Assembly (NCBI GenBank): GCA_951406725.2 | Contig: OX597815.1 | Span: forward strand, 211,172,001-211,236,000 | DNA: 64,000 nucleotides | Origin: Octopus vulgaris | Lineage: Eukaryota | Direction of reading: 5' to 3' | Shown here: piece after piece, positions 39,195 through 52,282 of the stretch | Layout: each line of letters begins with the position of its first letter | Position numbering within the stretch: position 1 is the first letter of the stretch | Position numbers and translations under genes: made by a program | The notes under the pieces: generated by a model | Database searches by the model: none | What the model was told of the DNA's origin: nothing | Seen by the model: the letters and a program-made list of their open reading frames with translations, nothing else

Positions 39195-41022
39195 TCACCA
39201 GCATAGTTAATCGAGTTATCCAGGAAGGTGTCATCTCTGACTAGTGTAGCAGCATTATAGACAGCTACTACAAGGATAAGGGAGCTAGATGGAATTATAG
39301 AGGCATCAAATTACTGGACCAAGTGATGGAAGTTATGGGAAGAGCTATTGCCCAATGAATCAGAAACAGGATTAGATGAAATACAACTTGACATTGTGCT
39401 GGAGAGAAGCACTACTGATGTTATGTTTATAGTGAGACAACTGCAGGAGAAGTATTTGGTTAAGAATAAACCATTGTACTTGGATAATGCAGATTTATAT
39501 TTAAGAGATGAGGAATTATGTACATTATTTACATTGTTAACAACAAACAAGATGAGGACAAATATCCGTCGAATGTAAATAATGTACATTGTACTTGGAG
39601 TTTGATGACTTGGAGAAAGCTTTTGATAGAGTATCTCACTGAATGATATGGTGGGCTCTGAGAAAGCTGGGGGTAGATGAGTGGCTTCTAAAAGCCATAC
39701 AAGCCATGCACAAAGGTTCTGTCACATAAGATGAGAGTTAACCACGTGTTAATTTAGTGTAGAGGGAAGTGTTCATCAGTGCTTGGTTCTCAGTCATCAT
39801 TGTCCTCCAGGCTATAACAGAGGAATTCAAGACCACCTGCCCCTGGGAACTGCTACATGTTGATGATCTTACTCTCATAGCAGATTCTGTAACAGAACTA
39901 CTCGTAGGAAAGAAATTTCAGGTGTAGAAGCAAAATCTGGAATCATAGGGCTTTAAGGTTATCATAGCAAAGACTAAGGTTTTAGTAAGGCAGAAGCAGA
40001 CAGGACCCTTCTCCCATCAGGTAAATGGCCCTGCTTGATATGTAGGAAAGGTATTAGCAAGAACTCTGTAAGGTGTACCCAGAGCAATTTATGAACATGC
40101 AAGAGTGTAAAGAAATAATAGGAAGACTATCAGAGAAAGTAGTGTTTGTATATGGAAGATGCACAGAGACCATAAAAGCTACAGATGCTCATGAAATCAA
40201 TTTTTTCAAATGTTCCAGATGCTCTTTAGAGGGTGTGGATAGTTTCTGCTACCTAGAGGACCTAATTAGCTGTTGGGGAGGATGAATAGAAAGTGTAATC
40301 ACTAGAATTCAAATAGGATGGAAAAATTTCTACCTCTGTTGGCAACCAAAGAGAGCTCTTTCTCTCTGAGTGAACGGAGGATTGTATGATGTATGCATAT
40401 GAACAGCAATGCTACATGGTAGTGAGACATGGACCCTGAATGCAGAAGACATGTGAAGACTAGAGAGGAATGAAGTGAGTATACTCTGCTAGACGTGCAA
40501 TATAAATGTACGTGTGTGACAGAGTGTTAGTGTGTTGGAAGAAAAGTTGCACATAGGAGAAATTAGATGCAATATGCTTGAGAGAAGACAGCACTGGTTT
40601 GGTCATGTGATGTAGACAGAAGTGCCAATCACTTAAAGTAGATGGAACTTGTGGAAGAGGGAAACCCAGGAAGACATGGGATGAAGTATTGAAGGCTGAT
40701 CTCAAGACACTTAGCTTTACAAAGGAGATGATAAAAAACTGAGATATCTAGCACCTTGCTGTACTCGAGAAGACATGTCCACCACTGCAGAATTGATACT
40801 GGTGCTGATATCACATAAAACTCACTCATGCTGGTGCCACATAAAAAGCACTGGTTCTGGGGCCACATAAAAAGTACCCAATACACTCCGTGAAGTGGTT
40901 GGAATTAGGAAGGGCAGTCAGCCATAGAGACCATACCAGAATGGACAATGTAACCTGGTGCTGCCCCTAGCCTTATCAACTTCTGTCAAACTGTCTAAAC
41001 CATGCCAGGAAAACAGACATTA
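39195..41022 (+). pseudogene. Degenerate 5'-truncated RTE-clade LINE (RT, Cys-rich segment, C-terminus) with a family C-type 3' UTR
   Basis: Relics NYRGIKLL, RSTTDVMFIVRQLQEKYL, DLEKAFDRV, WELLHVDDL, KWPCLICRKG, LHGSETW, WFGHV and GRGKPRKTW, with many stops. 3' UTR gtgccacataaaaagcac...gtggttggaattaggaagggca. Confidence 0.9.
39485..39586. mobile_element. Inverted terminal fragment of the hammerhead-bearing element inserted into the LINE RT, 13-bp TSD
   Basis: TSD cattgtacttgga at 39472-39484 and 39587-39599. Content gttaacaacaaacaagatgaggacaaatatcc is shared with 48208-48240. Confidence 0.85.
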
Positions 41023-41023
41023 A

Positions 41024-41237
41024 CCCTTTTGATACCAACCCGGCTGAAACCGGCTCTGGCGTACAAATGTCTTGTTTTCATAAGTTTTGAATTAAAATCT
41101 TCCACCAAACCTTAGTCACAATTTATGTTCCTAGCACTAGCTGAATGATAACGAAATTATTTTACTAAAGTCTTTGTTATATTTAAATAATTTGAAGAAA
41201 TACAGAGCATCTCAAAATAAATACAGTAACGAAAGGG
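41024..41237 (+). mobile_element. piggyBac-like MITE with TTAA TSD
   Basis: TTAA at 41020-41023 and 41238-41241. Ends cccttttgatac / gtaacgaaaggg. Splits the LINE tail gacattaa|atgatgat. Confidence 0.9.
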
Positions 41238-41629
41238 TTAAATGATGATATATATGTACATACATGTTCCAAACTATAGGCTATAGTTTTGCACCAAGGT
41301 AGCTAACATTTTACATAGATGTACATCTTTACAAGTTGATTGTAAGCTATAATCTGATTTTTCTGATATTTTCTAAAAACATAATTGCTTTGATTCAACT
41401 ATTGAGTTAATCAACATCCCAGGATTAATCAAAGTTTATCAGCATCTTCTTAAAGGCAATTTAATCCAAAATATAGTGAAATCATGTTATTTTATTTATT
41501 TTAGATAAAAATAAATGACAAGGCCAAATATAGATATTAGTTCTGAATAAAAGTATCTTAAAGGTGACATTGTGTATGTCTTTCTTCTAAATAATGCAAT
41601 ATGATTAAAGGGCAAGGAAGACAAAGTGT

Positions 41630-41900
41630 TATACCAATGAAGGTGAAGGGTTAGCGAAGGCGATGTGGTGGACAATGAAAAACCTGGCTGATGACAGTCA
41701 AGGTTGATCTGGAACCCAACCTAGGCCCCCATGTCTATGGCATTCGCCGCTAGAATAGGGAGTGGTTGGAGATCATGCGGTCATTAGCCTCAAATTGCCA
41801 GGCCTGGTTGGCGTTTGAGAGAGATGCAGCATTGAGGATGAATGAAGCCAGCTCAACCCACCCCAGGTCAGTGCTGTCTCAAGACAAGAAGAAGAAGAAT
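41630..41900 (+). mobile_element. RTE LINE 3' end fragment
   Basis: KTWLMTVKVDLEPNLGPHVYGIRR*NREWLEIMRSLASNCQAW..., followed by an (aag)n tail. Confidence 0.7.
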
Positions 41901-41989
41901 GAAACAGTAAACCAGAAAAGGTTGAAAATCATTCTTGGTCTTTCATTGGGATTTACCAAAGATGTATGCCAACAAAAGGATAAAAGAAT

Positions 41990-42325
41990 AAAGACCCCCT
42001 TTAGTCATGAATGACCATGGGATTGCACCTAGAAAGTTACCCTCTGAGGCACAAGTCTAGGCAAGGTTGTTCGTGGAAGACTATCAGACGTCCATGCATA
42101 CTAGCCTCCTCTCTCCACACTACTGATGTCATCCAAGGGAAAGGCAAAGGCCAATGCAGCTAGGCACCAGTGACATCACAACTCATTTCTACAGCTGAGT
42201 GAACTAGAGCAACATGAAAATAAAGTGTCTTGCTCAAGAACACAAGACACAACCTGGTCCAGGAATCAAACTCACTATCTCATGATTGTGGGCTCAACAC
42301 TCTGACCACTGCACCATGTGCCTTT
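41990..42325 (-). mobile_element. SINE family D
   Basis: Homologous to the 15870 copy. Confidence 0.85.
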
Positions 42326-42734
42326 AATGAAGCCTCTATATTGACACCTGATCTACTAGAATTAATAGAGAAATTACCCTCACTTTATACCCAGATATAT
42401 TAGACTAAACTAATCATAAAGAACTAATACAGAAATATTAAAACTCCACAATAAATATGTTTAAACTTGCACACAGGTATGACATGAAATATGCTTGGAA
42501 CAACTATTCTCAGTTTACATATCTATGAATGTCATTGTCAAACTTATCCATATTGACAGGGGTTGGAGGAATCGTTCGAGAAACTCTTTTATGGTTTGAT
42601 TCCCTTCCTGTTTCTAAACCTTTTAATCACTTCTAACAACATACATGATCATGATCATGATGTGTGTGTGTGTGCATTTGTGATTATGCATATACACACA
42701 TATATATAATGATATATGTATATATTGTTTATGT

Positions 42735-43042
42735 GAGGAATCATGGCCTAGTGGTTAGAATGTCGCACTCATGATCGGAAGATCATGGTTTCAATTCTTA
42801 GACCAGGTGGTGCGTTGTGTTCTGGAGCAAAATGCTTTGTCTCACGTTGCTCTGCAATCACTTTGACACCTGACACGAGGTACACTGTGCACCTGTTCAG
42901 TTCAGGCAATGTTGATTTGATGGACGGAGTGAGCTAATGTATGGCACATGTGTTTGGTCACTATAAACAAACCCTTTGTGCAAGTTGTTCAGCAAAAGCT
43001 GAACATTCAGATGTTGCCTTTGATGGGAGGAGAGTCCATCAT
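42735..43042 (+). mobile_element. tRNA-derived SINE (family G)
   Basis: A-box tggcctagtggttag, B-box ggtttcaattc, then gttgtgttctggagcaaaatgc. Confidence 0.7.
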
Positions 43043-43159
43043 GTTGATTACATATATAATTTTAAATTATATCTAATGTAATATATATATATATATATAT
43101 ACACATATAAGTATATATATATATAAAGTATATATATATATATATATACATATAAGTAA

Positions 43160-43200
<41 letters not shown>

Positions 43201-43906
43201 CACCATCACATGCACACACTTTCACTGTTGTTAGCAAATGGAGCTCCTAGGGTGATTTGTGTGAGCTTCATACTGTTGATTATTCAAAACAATAGAAAAA
43301 AGCAGCGTGACTATGTACAAGTAAAAATGCTCATTAACTCATTGAAATATGATAAGTCACTGTGATTTGATTGATTGCCAAAAAGCGTTAAAAAATGTAT
43401 GAATCATTGATTTATTCAATTTTCATTTTTTTGATTTTTTGTCAAGCATGAATTATATGTTTATTCAGTCGCAAAACAGGTTTTCATGTTTTCCAGGATT
43501 ATATGTGAGAAACACACCAAACAGGAATGAGATTATTGTTTAAGCCATCCTCAAGTTAATGAAAATCTGAATTTTTTAATTATTTTTTTTTATTAATGAT
43601 CTTTCACTGTATGGCAAAACTAAGATGTGGATATGATTTTAAGCAGTTGATATTTGGAAATTCCCCAATAAATATTGACAGAAATATCTGGAAGAATTTT
43701 TATTCTTCATTTGTGAACAAGCATTCACTAATTCATATACTCTTCTCCATAATTTGTCAAGCACTGTCCAGAGAAGTTACAAAAGCTAAAACTTAAACAG
43801 CAACCCTGAAATTTCAAGTAATGTGTATTAATATAACATCCAAAAAGGAGTACATTAAGTGTCTTACTGGAAACACTACATTGTATTGAATCAAATATGT
43901 ATGTAA

Positions 43907-44304
43907 TCTTTATATATAAAAGTCAAGTTGTGTGTCTGTCTCCTACGATTTAGATTCCTAACTACTCCCACATTTTGCGGTGCAGTGTAACCAAAAGCGG
44001 GTATCTTATAGTCGTGATTCATATCGAGCCCTTCTGGGTATTAGTGCATGTCTACGATGAGTCTACGATTTAAAGAAAAAATTACCATCATTTTTTTCCA
44101 TTTTAATGCATTTTTTCGCTATTATATACGGGAAGTAACTCTCTAAAAATGTCTACGATGAGTCAACGATTTAAAAAAAAATTTACCATAATTTTTTTTC
44201 CAATTTTAATGCATTTTTTTGCTATTTTTTGGCTATAACTCTCTAAAAATGCTTATATAGTTATTTCCCTTACAAACCTGAGCAACGCCAGGCGATACTG
44301 CTAG
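43907..44304 (+). mobile_element. Non-autonomous Helitron
   Basis: 5' TC start after an A, 3' hairpin cctgagcaacgccagg, terminal CTAG followed by T; no TSD. Confidence 0.9.
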
Positions 44305-45062
44305 TGTTCTTTAAATGAAATGAATACAGGAAAATAAGGTCAGCCTCAAATACTGATGATTTCTTCCACAGTATAAATAACTAGAATCATTTGAAGTTTA
44401 TGTTTTCAGTATGACAAAAACATTTTTTTTAAAAATCAATCAGCAACTTTCAAAATATACTACATGAAAATTTAATAAAATCTAAAAACACCAAACAAAT
44501 ACTTATTTCTTTAGATACAACCAAGATATGGAAGAAAATGGTAAATGGTATTCAACAGACGCCTTTCCAGCAATACACAAAATACCTATGAGGGAACCAA
44601 CTCTATTACTCCTTATTAGTTTACAAGTAAGAAAAAAATAGCCACCAGCATAAAATTAAATAGAGTGAAATCTTTAGTGAGAACCATACAATACTTTTAA
44701 AGGTCATAATGAGAATTTTCTTCAAACATCAAATATATATAAATAAATCTGCAAAGAAGCGAAATAAATAGCTTGAAAACATTCCAGCATTAATGGCACT
44801 GTATCATTAAACATGCCATGCTCTTAAAAATTCTATCACATTTACTTTCAGACACTCAAGAAGCCATCTTACCACTTCACTGTCCAAACATATATATATG
44901 GAATTTAAGTAATGATAACATTAGCAAATATAAATTCTGTTGCTTCATTATGGAACATGAATCTCCTTACATTAATGATTCTACAAAATGTGATTTTTGT
45001 CCCTTGCAGAAGTATAACACATGACAGTAATTTGCACTTTTGAACTAAATATTAGAATTGGC

Positions 45063-45412
45063 ACATCATCATCATCATCATCATCATCATTGTTTAAAGT
45101 CCGCTTTCCATGCTAGCATAGGTTGGACGATTTGACTGAGGGCTGGCAAACCAGATGGCTGCACCAGGCTCCAATCTTGATCTGACAGAGTTTCTACAGC
45201 TGGATGCCCTTCCTAATGCCAACCACTCAGAGAGTGTAGTGGGTGCTTTTTACATGCCACCGGCATGGGGCCAGTCAGGCGGTACTGGCAACAACCTCGC
45301 TCGAATCTTCTTACACATGCCACCTGCACAGGTGCCAGTGAGGTGATGCTGGCAACAATCACGCTCAAATGGTGCCTTTTACATGCCACCGGCACGGAAG
45401 CCAGTTAGCTGC
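45063..45412 (-). mobile_element. Family C retroposon with 3 modules
   Basis: (cat)n tail plus conserved body. Confidence 0.85.
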
Positions 45413-47121
45413 TATACATTAATATTTGTGGAAGGGTTTCCAAATACCAGCTGGTTAAACTTTCTTTTTTTTGTTATTATACTAAATTTGTCACACCCCA
45501 AATGATAATTATACACTGAAACAAACAAAACATACAATTTTTTCCTTTGTACTAAACAATACCTAACCCTTTACTTTTGTGCATGTTATAATATCAAATG
45601 CATGAAAATATGTGTTTTTACAGACAAATAGATGAATGTACCATGTGTTCTGTGTATACAAATAGAACAGATGACTTGATTTATTTTGGTTTTTTGGTTT
45701 TTTGGCAATCAATCAAATATCAATGTCAAATGTGTTTACCTATACCTTTGTTTATATATTGCCAAACTACTTACTTGCTTAAGCAGTTTGAATAATTGGC
45801 AGGGTGAAACTCAGCATAGACACTCAAGAAGTTCCAGTTTGCATCAAATATATAAAAACTCTACTTTATATATTGAGTACTTTTTACTGTGTTTGTAAAC
45901 ATAAAACTTCACCAACCCATAAGTCTAAATATCATTAATACAAGTGCTAACCATTAACAATATTTCTTTTGACATCATAATATATTGGAGCGAAAGAAAT
46001 AGAGTACATTTTTCATTTTAAAGATGAAAAATATAGTCTATTTTTCTTCTTTTTTTTTACATGCTTAATTAAGAACTTATTTCAGTTTCAGTGCCATTGA
46101 AAAGAATTCTGATTCAACAGATTGAAAATAATTAAGCATATACTAGAAATTAAATAGTATTTTAACCATTAAGAGATAACTGGAGCAATCTAGTATGCTA
46201 GAAAGATAGTACCGCTTTTCAATACTATCTATACATTTCTAAGTCTATTAAGATTCAGATAAAAATAAATTTTAAGGATATTAAATGATAGCATCGTTAC
46301 ACATTTAGTGTGGAAGCATCAGTAAGCTTTGTCTACAAAATATCAATAATCATGCGCAAAGAATTTACAATTCTACTGGAATTCAATAATCAATACATAA
46401 TTTTTAATATTGAATCACATTTTCACACACATTGTAATATTTATGCTTTTTCTTTCATGGTTTTTATATCCATTTCCTCATATTAGTACGAATACAGACA
46501 TTTTCTACTATTTTTGCTTCTTTTGGTTCTTGTATCAATTATGGTGACAAAATTGGTTTTATTTTTTTTAGTATTGGAAGCAGTTCTCAGACAAATTACT
46601 CAAAATAGAACAGATGCTTTTCTTTTATGATGTAATTAAAGGAAGAAAGAACCTTTTGTAAGGCCTCTTAAGACTGATTTGAAAAAAATAAGGTAAAATG
46701 CATCTTTGAGGTTGTGTAGACTGGACTTGATCCGAATGCTTGGAACTGGGTTGATTCTGCTAAAAACATGCAAATGCCACATGGTATTAGACTGAGTGAC
46801 CATCTGAGCAAATGTAGACTGCTTGGTTGTTTGATTTCAGGAATAACATCAATAACTTCTGAAGCTCTTGTATTTTTATATTATCATTTCACTCATAAAA
46901 TCATTAAAAGGCATATAGCACATAATATATATATAATGTTAAATATATACATTGTATATAAATTATACATAATATATCCATATGTATGTACTCTCTTACA
47001 CACACACATACATACAGACACACACACACATGCACACACACAATTATATAATTATTTTTCAGTGAAGAAAGAAAAGCACAATGAGAGAATAAAAAAATGG
47101 AAATATATGATGTGTACTTAC

Positions 47122-47272
47122 GATGTTTCTTCTTTGGACAGTGTTGGATCTGACATTTCCTGCGTATGATTGGTTTTGTAGCTGGGTCACAATCTTCAGT
47201 CGGCTGACGGGATGCAATATCAAGGCATTTCACCAGACGAATCTGGTCACCAGTTCCACAAGTTTTGGTGCA
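47122..47272 (-). CDS. Internal exon of the ADAMTS/ADAMTS-like gene, last TSP1 repeat
   Basis: Acceptor ttttttaccttcttag|, donor |gtaagt. 151 nt, phase 0 to 1. Encodes CTKTCGTGDQIRLVKCLDIASRQPTEDCDPATKPIIRRKCQIQHCPKKKH. Confidence 0.95.
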
Positions 47273-47900
47273 CTAAGAAGGTAAAAAAACAAAATACACT
47301 TTTTTGAAAATATAAAATCTTGAAGTCAAATTGATTTATAATTATGCATGGCGGTACCCCAGCATGGCCACAGCTCATGAAATAAATAGTTGAAATAAAA
47401 TAAAATAAAATGATATATTCAAATACACTTATCTCCACCCACCCAATGCCCACACATACATATATTACATTCACACATTCATGTAGAGAGAGAGAGAAAT
47501 AGAGAATGAGGATCAGATAGGAAGATGGATTCAGTAACAACCATACTGGAGAGCAGTGCTTTGTGAAGTGCAAGGGTGAGGTGTGGACCGCTGCATCCCA
47601 CAGTGAAGGTAATGCACTTAAAAGACCAGTAATTCAGAATTAAATTTCTGTACAGCCATAGTAAAAGCAATCCATCTTGGAGAGTAGCAGCTCTGAGTAA
47701 AGCCTGATACGGGGCAATAGAAACACTTCGGTCCTGTCGGGTAACAAATGACAGAGTAAAAAGCACCCACTCCATGTTCCAAAGGGATTCAGGATAAGAA
47801 GGGTATCCAGACATAAAAAGAAAACAGCAAGAATTTTAGCTGTCATATCAGTTCTACCTCCTTTGGAAGCAGAAATGATTTTAATAAAACAATAATTTAT

Positions 47901-48295
47901 ATTATTTACATTTGACAGATATTTGTCCTCATCTTGTTTGTTGTTAACACAATGTTTTCACTGATATACCCTTCAGCCTTTATCAGGTGTCTTGGAGAAA
48001 TTTCAAACCTGGGTTCTCATTCCTAAGGTATTTTTCGATATTATTAATATTATTATTATTATTATTATTCAGGTCGTTGCTTGGAATTGAACTCAGAATC
48101 TTGGGATTAGCCGTGCTCTTAATCACTATACTATATGTCCATGGGCATATGGCATAGTGATTAAGGCACCTGATGAAGGCTGGAGGGTATATCATCCGAA
48201 ATGTTGTGTTAACAACAAACAAGATGAGGACAAATATCCATCAAATGTAAATAATGTAAATAATGTACACAATTCGTCATCTCTTAAATATAGAA
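47901..48295. mobile_element. tRNA-headed element with a Penelope-type hammerhead tail, present as an inverted dimer
   Basis: Minus copy 47901-48140: A/B-box head, (aat)n, hammerhead core. Plus copy 48143-48295: short head fused to cacCTGATGA...GAAA. The arms are reverse complements. Confidence 0.75.
48167..48208 (+). ncRNA. Candidate minimal type I hammerhead ribozyme
   Basis: cac-CTGATGA-a-ggctg...catcc-GAAA-tg-TT-gtg. Stem I cac/gtg; stem II ggctg/ca(g)cc. Confidence 0.7.
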
Positions 48296-48612
48296 ATGAA
48301 TAACTTATATTGTATGGTATTTAATATATTCTCATTTGTCATATTAGTGAGTATGTGTATAAATATATTGCATGTGTGTGTGTGTATCAATACTTAAGAG
48401 GAGATAAACACCTTTGGTGCCGACATGAGCTTACTCCCATTTCTCAAAATTTGTGCCCACAAGAAAAGAGATGTCCTCACTAATTCTTCTCTACTCTAAG
48501 TAGTTGTTCATTGAGTGTGCACTTAAAGAGTGAATAACACAAATATTTAAATATGAGGTAAAAATCATGAAATGATTGGTACAGCATCATGGAGATTGCA
48601 TTATACGACAAT

Positions 48613-48790
48613 AAAGGTGAGCTGGCAGAAACATTGGCATGATGGGCGAAATGGTTAGTGGGATTTCGTCTGTCTTTATATTCTGAGTTCGAATTCCACC
48701 AAGGTCAACTCTGCCTTTCATTCTTTCAGGGTCGATAAATTAAGTACCAGTTGCATCCTGGGGTCGATCTAATCGACTGGTTCCCCTCTC
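48613..48790 (+). mobile_element. SINE family B
   Basis: ggtgagctggcagaaac...gagttcgaattcc...gataaattaagtaccag. Confidence 0.85.
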
Positions 48791-50592
48791 CAGAAATAAA
48801 TTATATCCTACACACTTATGATATATGTGTGTATGAATATGTTACACACCACACACAAACAAAACTACTGTTAACATACAAGAATAACATAAGTTTCATT
48901 TCAGAGAATGCTTGAATGCATAATTAGAAAAAAGTAAAAGCCAGGTTAGCAGCACCATGTAAGAAAATTTAATTGCTATATTCAGAAAGAAAACTGTGCT
49001 GTTAGAACCTATAATGTAAATAGTTGATACAAAAGTGGAAAGACTTTAACAGTTGACAATGGTGACATCACAGCCCTCAGGTAAAGATGAAATACTGAAG
49101 ACTTGGCAAGATGTAGTTTCTATGAAACCTGCATTTGTCAGGCTTCACACATAAAATTGCACTGAATTGAAACATTTAGAGATGTTGTATCATATAAATG
49201 CTACCAATGACAGCATGAATGAAAGGACATCAATACAGTGGTAGCTATTATGAAGCTGATGGTAGTCAGATTTAGTATAGGAGTTTAGATTATGAAACTC
49301 AAAAGCTAGTCGTAGTTGATATGCTGTAAGTGCTGAGATCAAATCCATGAAAGAAGTTCTGTCTTCCTAAGTGCAGTACATATGCTCAGTGTCTTTCTTT
49401 ATCTTGTTTCTTGAGTATGTAGCAAATGGTTCGGGTTTGCTATCTGCTTTGCTCTAGAATCTAGCGATGTGGACGACTTGTCATTCATCTACTTCATATC
49501 ATAAAAATGATGCAAAGCTAATATCCCAGAAAAAAAATCATTACAGAGCTTATGAGATGTTTAGTTGTTCTTCATATACAGGGATAAACCAAAATGGGAC
49601 CTTCAATGTGGCCACTTGAATTACTAAAATAGTAGCCAGGTTTCTCTCAAAATTCACTTATTTTCTTTAAAAAGGAAGGTTACATTGAACCCTGAAGTCA
49701 TGGATACACTAAACACATTTTTGCTGTCCTGTCTATTGCACATGCAGATATAAAAGGATCATATTTTTAATGACAAATTTGAGAGAAAATCTTCTAAATT
49801 TAGGATATATGTAAAATTATGTCTCTGGGTTTGAACAATTTATAAGAACATAATTTCAGAAAATTGTCTTAGATTTTTTACTTCAGTTTTTTTTTAACTT
49901 ATTGAACAGTTGGAATTTTTACACCTTAATCATGAATGTAATGCTAATTGGAGAATTTCTATTTTGGTGGGCGGGGTTTCTCCCCCAACCACAGCTCAGT
50001 TCCATGTCTAAAAATAAACGTGTTTGTAGACACTAGCATGCAAATTATTTTGTGCATTATTTTCTACTTATATAGAGTTACATATGAATGTATATATGTA
50101 TATGTACCTAATTTTACACTTATATGGTGGCAGGCTATTTAAATAGACAGGCAGACTGACTGTGAGATAGACTTGTAGATAGACAGAAATAAATAGATAA
50201 CTAGATAAATAAATAGAAAGATAAGCAAATAAATAGATTCATGTGTTTGTATAAGTATGTAAACATTTGTTTCTGAGAGTGAATGATATACATTAATATA
50301 AGATGTTCTTACGTTTATGATAATAGAAAATACTAAGATGCTTAGCATATTCCTGACTAAACATTACACGTTCATTCATACTAATGCAAATATATACATA
50401 AACTCATTTACATATACATGAATATATTTACACACACAAATGTTAAAAAGTCTGACTAAAATTTATAGGCTCATTAAACCGAATCTTATCTCAATTTCCT
50501 ACTAAGAATATAGACTACTCCTTTGTATAGGATGTCAGTCCACTGCAAGTTAACTGTTACTTACAGCTAATATTCATTTAAGCCGAGCAGAT

Positions 50593-50900
50593 TGTACTTG
50601 TACTTGTGATGGTATTCACCCAAGTTGGGTTGAGCCGGCTTCTTCTCTGGTCCTGACGGCATCACAAACCATGGCGGCCCACACTTGATGATTCTGTGTG
50701 AGGTTACTGGAGATAGCGAGCCATTCATAGGATTCATAGAAGTTTTGTGGGAATATTGAATTCACAAGTGGTCGCCAAAATCCTGCATGCATATCCCAAG
50801 TGACAGGACGCCCTGTTTGCCGCAGAGTCTCCACAGACGCAGGGACAGAACGACCTCGAAGCTGCCGGTTGCCAATCAGACGCCTCTTGGAATTTTCACC
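50593..50900 (-). mobile_element. Non-autonomous RTE derivative
   Basis: acaagtacaagtac tail; WAAMVCDAVRTREEAGST C-terminal relic. Shares ttggcaaccgg...tctgtccctgcgtctg with the 29864 insertion. Confidence 0.7.
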
Positions 50901-51451
50901 AGAACCCCAATTGGTAAAAACAGTAAGTGATGTATCATGCTGAATGGCACAATGTGCCACTCAGTCTAGGAACAAAATGCATGACATTACAACTGTTACT
51001 CCAACACCTCAACCACTAAGCTATATGGCTTTGTATACATATACACCAACACATAGACACAAACTCAAACATAATGACAGATGGAGTTTATTAGCTAAAG
51101 CATTAATGCCACTGCGCTACAACTATATCATCATCATTATTATCATCATCATCGTCATTGACATTATCACCAGCATCATTTCTGTTTGTTTCTCCATGCT
51201 GTTATGAGTTAGACAAAACTTCTTAAGGCAGATTTTCTTGAATCAAACCTGATGTTTTCTTTCTTTTATCAGGTCTTACCTGTTCCCTGAGTTGGGTATT
51301 TCTATTATTCTGGTCCTCATTCACCAAAAATTATTAAACTACTGAAATTTCTACACTTTTGTTTACAGGAAAATATCAACAAATAGTAATTATTTTTTGC
51401 TCAGTTGTGTCAATGAGGACACAGAAAAGAGACACTCATACACATGCACAT

Positions 51452-51509
<58 letters not shown>

Positions 51510-52195
51510 ATGTTGAAACATTCCACAGTTGAAACATTCCTGTCACAACCTGGGACCTTGAAGACTGCTTAAATGCAAGAAAGTATACTAGTCCCTTAAT
51601 ATTTGATATTCAATATTTCATCTATTCAATAAGACAATCAATACTTCATTTCATTTTACTATATACTATTTATACTATATATTCTATATTCTACATTAAT
51701 ATTATAAAGAATATAAATAACACATAAAAAACAGACAGAGTTGGAATTCCTTTGAATAATATATATCCCTCAATACACAATCATACAACCCCCTTTTTAT
51801 TTATATATATATATATATATATATGCATACAAACACACACACACACATATATATGTCTGGCTTCTTCTCAGTTTCTATCCGCAGTGAATTTCACTTACAA
51901 GGCATTGGCCAACCCAAAGATTTCTCCTAGAATGCACATTCCAAAGGTGCCACACTCTGTAGAACCAATCCCAGAATCATATGGTGGCACAGGAAACTTT
52001 GTAACCATACATCCATGTCATCACCTATAACCATGTATGAAATCCTATCCAATAAGTTTAATAAATATATATTTAATCTCACTGTGAGAATGAATATATG
52101 AATATGCACATATCTATCACTTCTGAAACGGTACTGTGTTGGAGTTTTTTGTTAATAAACGTATTTGTAATTTGATACACTCACATCATTACTAA

Positions 52196-52227
<32 letters not shown>

Positions 52228-52246
52228 TCGTGTATGTATGTATGAA

Positions 52247-52282
<36 letters not shown>

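Noticed and set aside
46904-47233. 109-aa ORF as a stand-alone gene
   Set aside because: Only 47122-47272 is exon. The remainder is read-through past a canonical gtaagt donor into (TG)n.
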